A DNA stretch of 40,414 bases, taken from positions 1 to 40,414 of the forward strand of contig JBEPZX010000012.1 of the NCBI GenBank assembly GCA_041640635.1, read 5' to 3'. Numbering within the stretch: position 1 is the stretch's first letter; each line of letters opens with the position of its first letter. This DNA is from Aquificaceae bacterium. Lineage in GTDB: Bacteria > Aquificota > Aquificia > Aquificales > Aquificaceae. Below, in pieces: positions 18,532 to 27,839 of this stretch. The notes below the pieces were generated by a model. It saw only the letters and a list, made by a program, of their open reading frames with translations. It was not told where the DNA came from and made no database searches. The translations under genes and the position numbers were made by a program.

Positions 18532-18572
18532 AATTAAAGCATTTTAACAAAAAAATAACTAAATTTATTGTT

Positions 18573-20657
18573 ATGACCAATTTAACTCTTAAAAAAGTAC
18601 ATAAAAAGTTTGGTGATGTTTGGGATCAAGATCTAGAAAAGGCAATAAATTTTATCATTTCTAAACATGCAAACCAGAAGCGCCAATCTGGGGAGCCTTA
18701 CATAGTTCATCCTATTGAAGTAGCAACCATTTTAGCTGGTGTATTAAAGGATAAAGAAACCATAATAGCCGGTATTCTACACGATGTCCTTGAGGATACA
18801 AACACAACCTATGAGGAAATTAAAGATCTTTTCGGTAAGAATGTTGCCGATATAGTTGAAGGTGTTACAAAGATAGGCAAGTTTCAATTCAAAGATATAC
18901 AGGAGCAAAAAGCGGAGAATTATAGAAAACTCTTACTTTCTATGTCAAAAGATCCTAGAGTAATCATAGTTAAACTGGCAGATAGACTTCACAATATGAG
19001 AACCTTAGATTGCTTCAGAAAGGATAAGCAAGTCCGCATAGCCAAAGAAACTCTAGAGATATTTGTGCCCCTAGCAAATAGGCTAGGAATATGGAAAATA
19101 AAAACGGAGCTTGAAGATCTGTGTTTTAAGTATCTCTATCCTAATGAATACCAAAAGGTAAAAGCATTTATTGGCAGTACTCAAAGGGAATTGGAAGAAT
19201 ACCTAAAGAGAAGTTTCATACCTATTCTTACAAAGATACTTAAGGAAAATAAATTAGATGCGTATATCACATACAGACCTAAACATCTTTATGGAATCTG
19301 GCAAAAGACCTTAAGAAAAGGAATTAGTTTAGAGGAAGTTCATGATGTACTAGGTGTAAGGGTTATAGTCAATACAGTTCAAGAATGTTACTTGGTTTTG
19401 GGTTTGGTACATAGTAACTTCACACCTATTCCTGGCAAATTTGATGATTACATCTCTTTACCAAAACCCAATTTATATCAATCTTTACATACAGCTGTAA
19501 TAGGTCCAAAAGGTAGAGTTGTAGAGATTCAAATACGCACGTGGGAAATGCATGAAAGAGCAGAAAAAGGCATAGCTGCGCACTGGGCCTACAAGGAAGG
19601 TAAGAACGTAAAAGACAATACTGTATATTCATGGCTAAAAAGCTTGGTTGAAAGTATAAAAAGTAGCAAAAACCCATCTGAGCTACTGGAGAATGTTAAA
19701 CTCGAACTTTTTTCAGAAGAGGTTTTTGTATTTACTCCCAAGGGGGATATAAAGGTTTTACCTGTAGGAGCTACTCCTGTTGATTTTGCATACCAAATAC
19801 ACACAGATGTAGGAGATCACTGCGCAGGTGCAAAGATAAATGGGAAAATAGTACCTTTAAATTATAAACTTCAAAGTGGAGACATAGTAGAGATAATAAC
19901 TCATCCAAATAAAAAACCAAATCCAGAATGGTTAAAATTTGTAGTAACAAGCAAGGCAAAAAGCAGAATAAAAGCGTATGTAAAAGAGTTAGAAAGGGAA
20001 AGAATGATAACACTAGGTAGAGATCGTCTAGAAGTAGTTTCAAAAACCTTAGAAATTTCAAAAGAAGATCTTTTGAATAAACTTATAAAAGAGCTTAAAC
20101 TAAAGGAAGAAGATATACTTCTTTTATTAGGGACAGGTAAGTTAACCAAAGAAAAAATACTTTCTACTTTGAAAATTCAGGTAAAGAAAGTTTTGAGGGA
20201 TGAAAAATCAGAGGATGTTCTTAGCCTTGAGGATATTGGAAAGGTTCAGTATCAATTGGCTGCATGTTGTAACCCATTGCCAGGAGAAAATGTGTATGGT
20301 GTGATTACGAGAGGGAAAGGTGTTGTTATACACTCTCAAGAATGCCCAAATTTACAATACATGTTAAGAAATCTTCCTGAAAAAGTAATAAAAGTAAAAT
20401 GGCAATCCTCCAGTGGTAAACACAGGGTGAAAATAAGACTTCTTGTAAAGGATAGATTGGGGGTTCTTGCGGATATAAGCAGTACGATAGCCAAATCCGG
20501 TGCGAATATAACGGAAGCTAGAACAAAGAGTGTATCCACGGGTAAGGCTATTATGGAATTTAGTATAGATGTAGATAACTACACCTCTTTTCAAAAGGTA
20601 ATTTTAAATTTAAAAACATTAGAAGATGTGGAGCAATGTGAGAGGGTATTTAGCTAA
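18573..20657 (+). CDS. spoT: Bifunctional (p)ppGpp synthetase/hydrolase (long RSH)
   Basis: RQSGEPY..HP, intact LHDVLED HD motif, KLADRLHNMRT, YQSLHT, EIQIRT, TGS (FTPKG, DFAY.IHT), CCNP and ACT domains. Confidence 0.95.
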   Translation: MTNLTLKKVHKKFGDVWDQDLEKAINFIISKHANQKRQSGEPYIVHPIEVATILAGVLKDKETIIAGILHDVLEDTNTTYEEIKDLFGKNVADIVEGVTKIGKFQFKDIQEQKAENYRKLLLSMSKDPRVIIVKLADRLHNMRTLDCFRKDKQVRIAKETLEIFVPLANRLGIWKIKTELEDLCFKYLYPNEYQKVKAFIGSTQRELEEYLKRSFIPILTKILKENKLDAYITYRPKHLYGIWQKTLRKGISLEEVHDVLGVRVIVNTVQECYLVLGLVHSNFTPIPGKFDDYISLPKPNLYQSLHTAVIGPKGRVVEIQIRTWEMHERAEKGIAAHWAYKEGKNVKDNTVYSWLKSLVESIKSSKNPSELLENVKLELFSEEVFVFTPKGDIKVLPVGATPVDFAYQIHTDVGDHCAGAKINGKIVPLNYKLQSGDIVEIITHPNKKPNPEWLKFVVTSKAKSRIKAYVKELERERMITLGRDRLEVVSKTLEISKEDLLNKLIKELKLKEEDILLLLGTGKLTKEKILSTLKIQVKKVLRDEKSEDVLSLEDIGKVQYQLAACCNPLPGENVYGVITRGKGVVIHSQECPNLQYMLRNLPEKVIKVKWQSSSGKHRVKIRLLVKDRLGVLADISSTIAKSGANITEARTKSVSTGKAIMEFSIDVDNYTSFQKVILNLKTLEDVEQCERVFS

Positions 20658-20687
20658 TACTTTTTGCACTAATGTAAAGATAAAATC

Positions 20688-21398
20688 TCAAATGTTTACA
20701 TCGTAAGCTATGTTCGCTATATATTCTCTTAGCGCCTTGTAGGAATCATTAAAGGTTGATGCCTTTGGTATGAAGCTGTACAAATTATATCTTAGATCTC
20801 TTTTAAAATCCGTTGGGTAAGGTAAAACTTTCACATTTTCTTTTTGAAAAGCCTTTACTGCCCGTCTCATATGGTATGCTGATGTCACTAATATAGCCGT
20901 TTGGTATTTTCTCTTCTCCATTATATGCCTTACGTATCTTGCATTTTCTTGAGTTGTGGTACTTTCACTATCGAGTAAGATACTTTTCAAATCTACACCA
21001 AAGGAGATCAAGGTAGCTTTCATTATCTCTGCATCAGGTAATCTATTTATACCTGAACCTCCAGAAAGAATAATTGGTTTACCCGTTTGTTTGTGAAGAA
21101 CAAAGCCAGCAAGTAACCTTTTTAAAGAATCCTCTTTTAAAACCCCCGTATTATATGAACCGCCTCCCAAAACAATAATTACATCGCCTTCCAATTTGCT
21201 TGGCACGGGATAGCTTTCTTCCAATGGTTTGTATAACATATCCTTTACAGGTTCTATGGACAGTAAATAGAAAGTTGTAGCACAACTTATCGAAAGAAAA
21301 TATGCAATTCTCTTTTTATAAACAAAAACGCTCAAAACTAAAAATCCTACTATAAAAATCCCGGGTGGTAAAAGGAAATGGATAAAAAGTTTGAGCAT
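20688..21398 (-). CDS. YdcF/ElyC (DUF218) family membrane-anchored protein
   Basis: LLPPG, TMs, IVLGGG, ILSGG, S.TT.ENA, LVTSAYHMRRA, ALREY. ATG 21398 overlaps the exbD stop (TGATG). Confidence 0.88.
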   Translation of the reverse strand: MLKLFIHFLLPPGIFIVGFLVLSVFVYKKRIAYFLSISCATTFYLLSIEPVKDMLYKPLEESYPVPSKLEGDVIIVLGGGSYNTGVLKEDSLKRLLAGFVLHKQTGKPIILSGGSGINRLPDAEIMKATLISFGVDLKSILLDSESTTTQENARYVRHIMEKRKYQTAILVTSAYHMRRAVKAFQKENVKVLPYPTDFKRDLRYNLYSFIPKASTFNDSYKALREYIANIAYDVNI

Positions 21399-21790
21399 CA
21401 AGGTCTATTTCTTGTTGCTATTACTAAATCTTCCACACCGTACGTTTTTGCGATGTCCATCAGGGAAACTACGTATTTGTGTTTCGTATTTTCATCCGCC
21501 TCAACAATTATACTCTTAGGCTTTAATTCTGAGATTAAGGTTTTTATATCTTCTATAGAGAGAATCTTTCCATTTGCCATATACTGTCCATCCTCTAAAA
21601 CTTGTATCCTTAAGACTGCTGTAACTTCTTTTTGTCCTTCCTTTGCAAAGGGAAGCTTTACGGCGAGAAAAGTCATAGGTGATTGAAATGCAAGTATTGC
21701 CAAAAACAGAAATACAGCTAAAAGTGTGTCGACCAATGGAACAACATCGATATAAGCCCTCTCTTCTGTACTTATTCTTCTCCTTCTCAC
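21398..21790 (-). CDS. exbD: Biopolymer transporter ExbD/TolR
   Basis: IDVVPLVD (conserved TM Asp), VKLP, EADE...KYVV.LMD. Confidence 0.85.
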   Translation of the reverse strand: MRRRRISTEERAYIDVVPLVDTLLAVFLFLAILAFQSPMTFLAVKLPFAKEGQKEVTAVLRIQVLEDGQYMANGKILSIEDIKTLISELKPKSIIVEADENTKHKYVVSLMDIAKTYGVEDLVIATRNRP

Positions 21791-22398
21791 TTTAATAACC
21801 TCATTATTTCTACAAGTTCCTCTTCAAGTTTGTTCAGTGTGTTTATAGCGAGAACTTTAAATACCCAGTAAGCAAAAAGCGCTGGAATGGCTACAGCAAG
21901 ACCAGTAGCTGCAGCTATTAGAGCTTCACTTATACCTTTCGATAGAAGAAGCATACCTTGTTCCAACTCAGTCAGAGCAAAAGCGGAAAAAACCTTTATT
22001 AAACCTGTAATAGTACCAAACAAACCCAATAAAGGAGAAATGCTTGCTACTGTAGAAAGAATTGGTAGATTCTTTTCGAGCTTAGACAAAATTAATGATA
22101 GATCCATATCTATTTCTTTGAGTATTTCTTCTCTTGTGTGTCCTTTGCTGTAGTAATCCAAAACCTTTGAAATTACTTTGTTACCTTCCGTATTGTGCAA
22201 AGTGAGAATTTTGATAGCTCCATCCATATCTTTACTTGCTATTAGCGACTTTATCTGATCTAAATTTCTTGGTATATAAAAGGATCTTCTTGAATTTAAG
22301 GCTCTCTCTACTATAATAGCCCAAGAAACTACAGAAAGTACCAAAAGAGGATACATAGCAAATCCACCTTTTTCGAGCAAACTAAATAAATTTTCCAT
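21787..22398 (-). CDS. exbB: MotA/TolQ/ExbB proton channel family protein
   Basis: GG..MYPL, SPLLGLFGTI.G, GISEALIAAATGLAVAIPA; likely start ATG 22398. Confidence 0.88.
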   Translation of the reverse strand: MENLFSLLEKGGFAMYPLLVLSVVSWAIIVERALNSRRSFYIPRNLDQIKSLIASKDMDGAIKILTLHNTEGNKVISKVLDYYSKGHTREEILKEIDMDLSLILSKLEKNLPILSTVASISPLLGLFGTITGLIKVFSAFALTELEQGMLLLSKGISEALIAAATGLAVAIPALFAYWVFKVLAINTLNKLEEELVEIMRLLK

Positions 22399-22399
22399 T

Positions 22400-24940
22400 C
22401 TATTTACCCCCACATTTAGGTAGTCCTTTTCTTAAATCTTGGATTTTTCTAAATTCCTCTTGTGAAGCAGCTTTTAAATCGTATCTTTCTAAGAAACAAC
22501 TAGCATCCCTTTTTGCATTCAAGGATAGTAAAATCTCTACACCTTGCAATACTGCCCTATTGTAAACACTAGAATTTGGGTGGTTAGTAACTATATCCAA
22601 TATGTCCTCCATCGCTTTTTTGCGTTCTCCTTTCTCTAAATAATCTATAGCTGACCAATACAAAGCTTTGGCTCTAGTCTCATTGTTAGGACTCTTTAAC
22701 AGGTAATCTATGTAAGTCCTATCTCTACTCTTTCCGAGAACTTCCAAAAGCGCGTTTTCCAATTCATCTGTTCTATATCCAAGACTTAAAAGATTATTCA
22801 GTATTTCTCTAGCTCTACCTTCCTCTCCAAGTTTTATAAAAATTGTAACAGCTTTTGCTTTTTGATCTAAACTCCCCTCGTATAAGAGCTCTGCTAAACT
22901 TCTTTCATCGCCTGAGCTAGAAAACAATTCTATAAGTTTTTCCCTAGCTATTTCCCTTTCTTCGTTTGTTCCTTCTCTATAGACTTTGTAAAGCAGGACT
23001 GCTTTCCTACGAGTATCTGGTTCTATTTGAGCGAGTTTTAACACGGCTTTGTTTTCCAGTGGTGTATCTAAAAGGTCTAAGAGCACCTCCTTAGCCTTTT
23101 CATTCTTTCCCATATTTATGTAAATATTTCCCAATTGATACTTCAGTTCACCAACCAAAGATTGATCTTTCTCTTTACTTATTGCTTGCAATATTAGTTG
23201 TTCCAATTCTTCATGTGTAAGAGCTCTTCCACCTAAACCTATAAGTAAAACAGTTGCCTGTTCAGCGTACTGAGTATCCGTATACTTTCTTAAGACTTCA
23301 TAGTAAGTTTCTTTTGCTCTTTCCCAATTACCCAAGTTATAAAAAGCATCTGCCACTTTTAATAATGCTTTAGGCTTCTGTGGACTGTTGTAGGATATTT
23401 TCTCAAAATACTCAATTGCCCTTTGGTAGCTTCCTTCCACAAAGAAACTTAAACCTATTAGATATAGCTCATCGTCGGAAGTTTCGTCCAAAAATGTTCT
23501 AGCGAGCTTTGGATTACCCAAAAACAACGCTGATCTTGCCTTTAGTATTCTTGATGCAGTATCATTTTCATCCTTTAGCACTTGCAACACTTGGGGGTAC
23601 TTCTTATCATTGTACAGGGATATAGCTTTATAGTATGGTCTTTCTAGGAGTTGAGCAGCCTTCTCCCATTCACCTCTTCTAAAGTGATCCCATCCTAAAT
23701 ACTCTTTATATAAATCTGGATGTATTGACTTAATTTCCGATAGAATAGGTGCCAAGTCATAACCTAACCAATAAGCGGATTCTAACATCCATATATATTC
23801 CTCTTTACCTTTACTTTTCTTTTTCTCAAGTATTTGGTAAGCTTTCTTGTAATCTCCAAGCTTAATAGCTGAATATGCTACATACATATCACTTCTTGCT
23901 TCTATAAAATTGGAAAGAGCTAAATTATACTGACCTGAATTGTAAGCAATTATACCCGCCTTTTCCAAAAAGCTAGGGTCCTTTGTTGCCGAAAAAGCAA
24001 GTCTTGAATAAGCCACTCCCTTTCCTGCAAGAAGGTTATATAAATTTTTAGCCAAATCTCTATTTATAGTTTCTAATATACCCGTGTAGTATAAACCTCT
24101 GTCTAAATTATCTCTGTAAAGTTCTATAATACCTAAATAGTACAAAGCTATTTCCCTATAAGCGTTTCTTGGAACGTTATAATCTATGAATATCCTTTCT
24201 GCTTCTGCAAGGTTGCCCTCTTGAAAGAGCTTTATACCTCTTCTTAACTTTGTGCTAATTGAATATGCCTCATTAACTTCTCCATTGTAGAAATCTAAGA
24301 CGTAATTGCAGTAGTTGGAAAATATAGCATCTTTGCAACTAGGTTTTATATACTCACCTAATGTAAGGGCTTTTACGGACTTCCACAAAGGATCATTATT
24401 TTCTGGAATATTCCCTTTGAGCATGAAATTTAATGCATAATAGGCTTCGCAAGCTGCTTTTGAGTATAGATGAGAGAACTTACACGAAGAGGCAAATAGT
24501 GGAAGGGCTTCAGAGGGTTTACCTTGTTTAGCGTATATGGTACCTAGTATGTATTCTGCCATAGGCTTAAAAGACGATGGGGCAACAATAACGCTTTCTA
24601 GCTCCTTTTTGGCTTTATCGTACTCGCCCTTCAAGTAGTAATCAACTCCTAACCTATAGGCTATAGCATCTTTGGGTTCGCCACAGCTCAGTGTAGATCT
24701 ATCCTTTATAGGTTCTATATTTGCCAATTCTATGCTTTTAGGAGCTTCAATTAACATAGGACTTAAATCCAATGGTTTACCAACTGGATAGGGTAGTTTA
24801 TCTGGAGGTAAAATCCTAGGTTTTTCTTCTATAATGGTGCTAACAAACTCCACCTTAATATCAAACTCCCTCTTTATTTCTGAGGATAAGATGGTAAGTA
24901 AGATAAACAGTAAGCTAAAGAGCCTTATGAGCTTGTACAT
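22400..24940 (-). CDS. Large secreted/periplasmic tetratricopeptide-repeat protein
   Basis: N-terminal hydrophobic signal; many TPR-like helices (AYRLGVDYY..GEY..A; ALLKVADAFYNLG..ERA...Y). Confidence 0.8.
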   Translation of the reverse strand: MYKLIRLFSLLFILLTILSSEIKREFDIKVEFVSTIIEEKPRILPPDKLPYPVGKPLDLSPMLIEAPKSIELANIEPIKDRSTLSCGEPKDAIAYRLGVDYYLKGEYDKAKKELESVIVAPSSFKPMAEYILGTIYAKQGKPSEALPLFASSCKFSHLYSKAACEAYYALNFMLKGNIPENNDPLWKSVKALTLGEYIKPSCKDAIFSNYCNYVLDFYNGEVNEAYSISTKLRRGIKLFQEGNLAEAERIFIDYNVPRNAYREIALYYLGIIELYRDNLDRGLYYTGILETINRDLAKNLYNLLAGKGVAYSRLAFSATKDPSFLEKAGIIAYNSGQYNLALSNFIEARSDMYVAYSAIKLGDYKKAYQILEKKKSKGKEEYIWMLESAYWLGYDLAPILSEIKSIHPDLYKEYLGWDHFRRGEWEKAAQLLERPYYKAISLYNDKKYPQVLQVLKDENDTASRILKARSALFLGNPKLARTFLDETSDDELYLIGLSFFVEGSYQRAIEYFEKISYNSPQKPKALLKVADAFYNLGNWERAKETYYEVLRKYTDTQYAEQATVLLIGLGGRALTHEELEQLILQAISKEKDQSLVGELKYQLGNIYINMGKNEKAKEVLLDLLDTPLENKAVLKLAQIEPDTRRKAVLLYKVYREGTNEEREIAREKLIELFSSSGDERSLAELLYEGSLDQKAKAVTIFIKLGEEGRAREILNNLLSLGYRTDELENALLEVLGKSRDRTYIDYLLKSPNNETRAKALYWSAIDYLEKGERKKAMEDILDIVTNHPNSSVYNRAVLQGVEILLSLNAKRDASCFLERYDLKAASQEEFRKIQDLRKGLPKCGGK

Positions 24941-25550
24941 ATTCCGCCCCCAAATGACAAACAGTGTTTAATTTTATAATCACATTCCTGTCTTCTTCCA
25001 TGTGAATCTGAGAATAACTTGCGTTGTCGCACCCAAAGGACCAAAACTTAGAAAGGTCAATATCTAGAAGTGCACAATACATAGCTCTAATAGGTACGGT
25101 GTGAGAAAATACGAAAACTGTTTGATTCCAATGCTTTTGTTTAATTTCATACAAAAACTCTTTAACTCTCTCATACACATCTATGAGACTTTCTCCTTCG
25201 GGGAACTTTATCTTGTGTGGCTCTTTTATCCACTTTTCGAAATCTTCAGGATACTCTTGCTTTACTTCCTCTACTAACATTCCTGACCATACACCATGGT
25301 CTATTTCTATTATCCTTTTCTCTGCTATTATTTGGATATTTTTAGACTCGGATAAAGGTGTAGCTGTATCCATTGTCCTCTTCAAAGGAGAAGAGTAAAT
25401 TGCTGCAATATCCATACTAAGAAATTCTTTTGCTAAGAGGTTTGCTTGTCTTTTACCTCGCTCTGAGAGTCCAGGATCTAATAACCCTTGGTATCTGCCT
25501 ATAGGGTTCCACTCGCTCTCTGCATGTCTTACTATGTAAAGTTTTACCAT
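24915..25550 (-). CDS. pspA: Metal-independent phosphoserine phosphatase PspA (histidine phosphatase superfamily)
   Basis: RHAESEWNP.GRYQG, SSPLKR, EIDHG, SHTVP and C-terminal YVQAHKAL; 211 aa; matches Hydrogenobacter thermophilus PspA as I recall it. Confidence 0.88.
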   Translation of the reverse strand: MVKLYIVRHAESEWNPIGRYQGLLDPGLSERGKRQANLLAKEFLSMDIAAIYSSPLKRTMDTATPLSESKNIQIIAEKRIIEIDHGVWSGMLVEEVKQEYPEDFEKWIKEPHKIKFPEGESLIDVYERVKEFLYEIKQKHWNQTVFVFSHTVPIRAMYCALLDIDLSKFWSFGCDNASYSQIHMEEDRNVIIKLNTVCHLGAEYVQAHKAL

Positions 25551-26665
25551 AGTCTCCTTTCCATTAAAGTTTCCGAATAGGCTTCTATACCTTTCCCAAG
25601 CTGTATGTTAAATCCGTTTCTTTTTAGTGCTACCTCTAGCATACCCATTACAAGCATTCCATCCATTGGAGATACTCCCATATGAGATATACGAATTACC
25701 TTGTCTTTCAGATGATCTTGTCCACCAGCTGTTCTAACTCCTAGCTTAATAAGGTCTCTCCTAACTTTCTCTGCATTTGGTAGCTCAAAAACAGTTAAGG
25801 ATATGGAGGGATTTTCTGGGAAAACTCTAAAACCCAAACTCTCTATGGCTCTTTGGGTAGCTTTTGAAATACTCTCATGTCTGGAATGTACCTTGTCCAT
25901 ACCTTCTTCCAAAAGCATATTCAAAGACTCATTTAATGCAAGAATTAAACCTATGGCAGGTGTCCATGCTGTTTGTCCTTCAATTTGCTTGGGTAGTTCC
26001 TTTTTTATACTAAAGTAAAAAGCTCTATTTGTTAACCTTTCCTTAGCTTTTTCTGAAAACCACATAACAGATAACCCTGGAGGTAATAGTAATGCCTTTT
26101 GAGACCCACCTATTAACACATCTACGTGTTCCTTATCGGGATTTATTTTGTATACGCCTAGTGCTGTTATAGCATCTGCTACAGACAAAACGTTCTTTTC
26201 AAAACATATCTGAGAAATTTCCTTGTATGGGTGATACGCACCCGTTGATGTTTCCGATATTTGGTAAAGAACACCTTTGCAATCTGGATTTTTGTCTAAA
26301 AGATCCTTTACGACGGATGGATCTGCTGACTTTCCCCATTCAAGTTTGTACTCTATTGGCTTTAGGTTCCAATGCGCCGCAAGTTTTAACCATCTCTCTC
26401 CAAATTTACCACCGTTTATCACTAATACCTTATCACCTTCTTCAAAAAAATTGAGTATAGCTGCTTCCATTGCACCAGTACCTGAAGAGGAAAAGAATAC
26501 TATGTTGTCTGAGAGTGAATCTAATAGTCTCTTAAAGAGCTCCCTTACCTCTAGAAAGCTTCGTTTGAATTCTTCAGTTCTATGATGAATTATGGGTCTA
26601 GCTAGTACTTCTCTTACTCTATTGGGTATCTCTACGGGACCAGGAGTAAAAAGTCTCTCTTCCAT
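25544..26665 (-). CDS. Class V PLP aminotransferase (serine-pyruvate/alanine-glyoxylate type; probable phosphoserine aminotransferase)
   Basis: LFTPGP, SSGTGAMEA, NGGKFGERW, ETSTG, DAIT, GSQKAL.LPPGL, RISHMG; overlaps pspA. Confidence 0.88.
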   Translation of the reverse strand: MEERLFTPGPVEIPNRVREVLARPIIHHRTEEFKRSFLEVRELFKRLLDSLSDNIVFFSSSGTGAMEAAILNFFEEGDKVLVINGGKFGERWLKLAAHWNLKPIEYKLEWGKSADPSVVKDLLDKNPDCKGVLYQISETSTGAYHPYKEISQICFEKNVLSVADAITALGVYKINPDKEHVDVLIGGSQKALLLPPGLSVMWFSEKAKERLTNRAFYFSIKKELPKQIEGQTAWTPAIGLILALNESLNMLLEEGMDKVHSRHESISKATQRAIESLGFRVFPENPSISLTVFELPNAEKVRRDLIKLGVRTAGGQDHLKDKVIRISHMGVSPMDGMLVMGMLEVALKRNGFNIQLGKGIEAYSETLMERRLW

Positions 26666-26790
26666 GATTTTAGTATTTTAACCTAAGGTGCCTACAATCT
26701 AATGGATTTCCTCAACAGAAAGAAAAATCCTTCAAACAATCTCTTTTAAACTCAATCACTTTTAATATCTCAAAACACTTAACAATCTCC

Positions 26791-26812
26791 TAAAGCTTAG
26801 ATATAAGCTTTA
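26791..26812. repeat. Perfect 9-bp inverted repeat overlapping the cytochrome stop codon (possible terminator/stability hairpin)
   Basis: TAAAGCTTA-GATA-TAAGCTTTA. Confidence 0.45.
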
Positions 26813-27643
26813 TTTCCTAACTGTATCTAAACTTTTCTGTATCTTATTGGGAACCAGATGTACGTTATGACATCTATAGCAATACTGTCCAACTTCTGAA
26901 ACGTAACGTAGTATGGCTTCTCTATTTTGCCTTGGATTAGATAGAGCTTTATCTATATTATCAAGCAATGTTAAGTAATCTTTGCCAGCCAAGGACTCAA
27001 TTGAAGCTTTGGAGGTATGGCACTTACTACACATGGTATTGGTAGCTTTGGCTCTTTCTACAAAGTTCCTTCCCTCTTCTTGTGCCGCAGTGAAATCGGC
27101 ATCATTAAGAAAAACAATTAAAGACTTCATGGATCCAGAAAGCTTCTTCATGAATTCTGCAGTTTTTAGCTCCTGAAGCTCCACAGGGTCCTCTATTTTT
27201 ATGTTGTCATACCTTGGAAAATGGTAATAAACTTTCACAACGGTTTGATTTTCCGTATGGCATTTACTACATGAATCCCCAAGAGATCTAAGGGATTGTA
27301 TTACTCTATCGGTATTTTTAGAAGCTACCGCTTTCACTACGTCTTCGGCAGCTTGGACTTTGTAGTAATTTTTCCACTCTGGCACCATGTTTGCGCTTTC
27401 TTTATACAGCCTTTCAAGATTTCTAGCCCATGACAACGCCCTATCCCAGTTACCTTTGTTTACGTTTACCTGTATGCCATGCATGGCTGTACTCATAGAG
27501 TGCATGTTGGACAAAAATTCCATCTTTGAAGATTTAGGTGGATAGTAATTTTCTAAGGATTTGGGTGGCTTTTTCATAACAACTTCCTGAGAAAAAGAGA
27601 ATCCAATGAATACAAAAAGTGCAATAGCCATATTCTTCTTCAT
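26810..27643 (-). CDS. Periplasmic triheme c-type cytochrome
   Basis: Signal peptide MKKNMAIALFVFIGFSFS-Q; CxxCH at 27271-27257 (CSKCH), 27031-27017 (CSKCH) and 26881-26867 (CYRCH); strong AGGAGG SD. Confidence 0.85.
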   Translation of the reverse strand: MKKNMAIALFVFIGFSFSQEVVMKKPPKSLENYYPPKSSKMEFLSNMHSMSTAMHGIQVNVNKGNWDRALSWARNLERLYKESANMVPEWKNYYKVQAAEDVVKAVASKNTDRVIQSLRSLGDSCSKCHTENQTVVKVYYHFPRYDNIKIEDPVELQELKTAEFMKKLSGSMKSLIVFLNDADFTAAQEEGRNFVERAKATNTMCSKCHTSKASIESLAGKDYLTLLDNIDKALSNPRQNREAILRYVSEVGQYCYRCHNVHLVPNKIQKSLDTVRK

Positions 27644-27839
27644 CTCATCCCCTCCTAAAATCTAAAGTAAAGATTTCTCTACTTTTAAATATATGGAAGG
27701 TTTCAAAATTGTTAAGTTTTTTTCTACTCATTCCTGAGTTTAAACCTTAGGAAATAAAGACTAACAAATGAAGTTCTGATTTAGACTTTTGAACAGTTGC
27801 CTTAAATTAGAATATTACCTCTTTAGCTTAGAATCACAT

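Noticed and set aside
18044..18547. 167-aa plus-strand ORF
   Set aside because: Antisense shadow of mreB. The same applies to the other short ORFs nested opposite nadC, por, mrdA, spoT, exbB, yidC and leuC.
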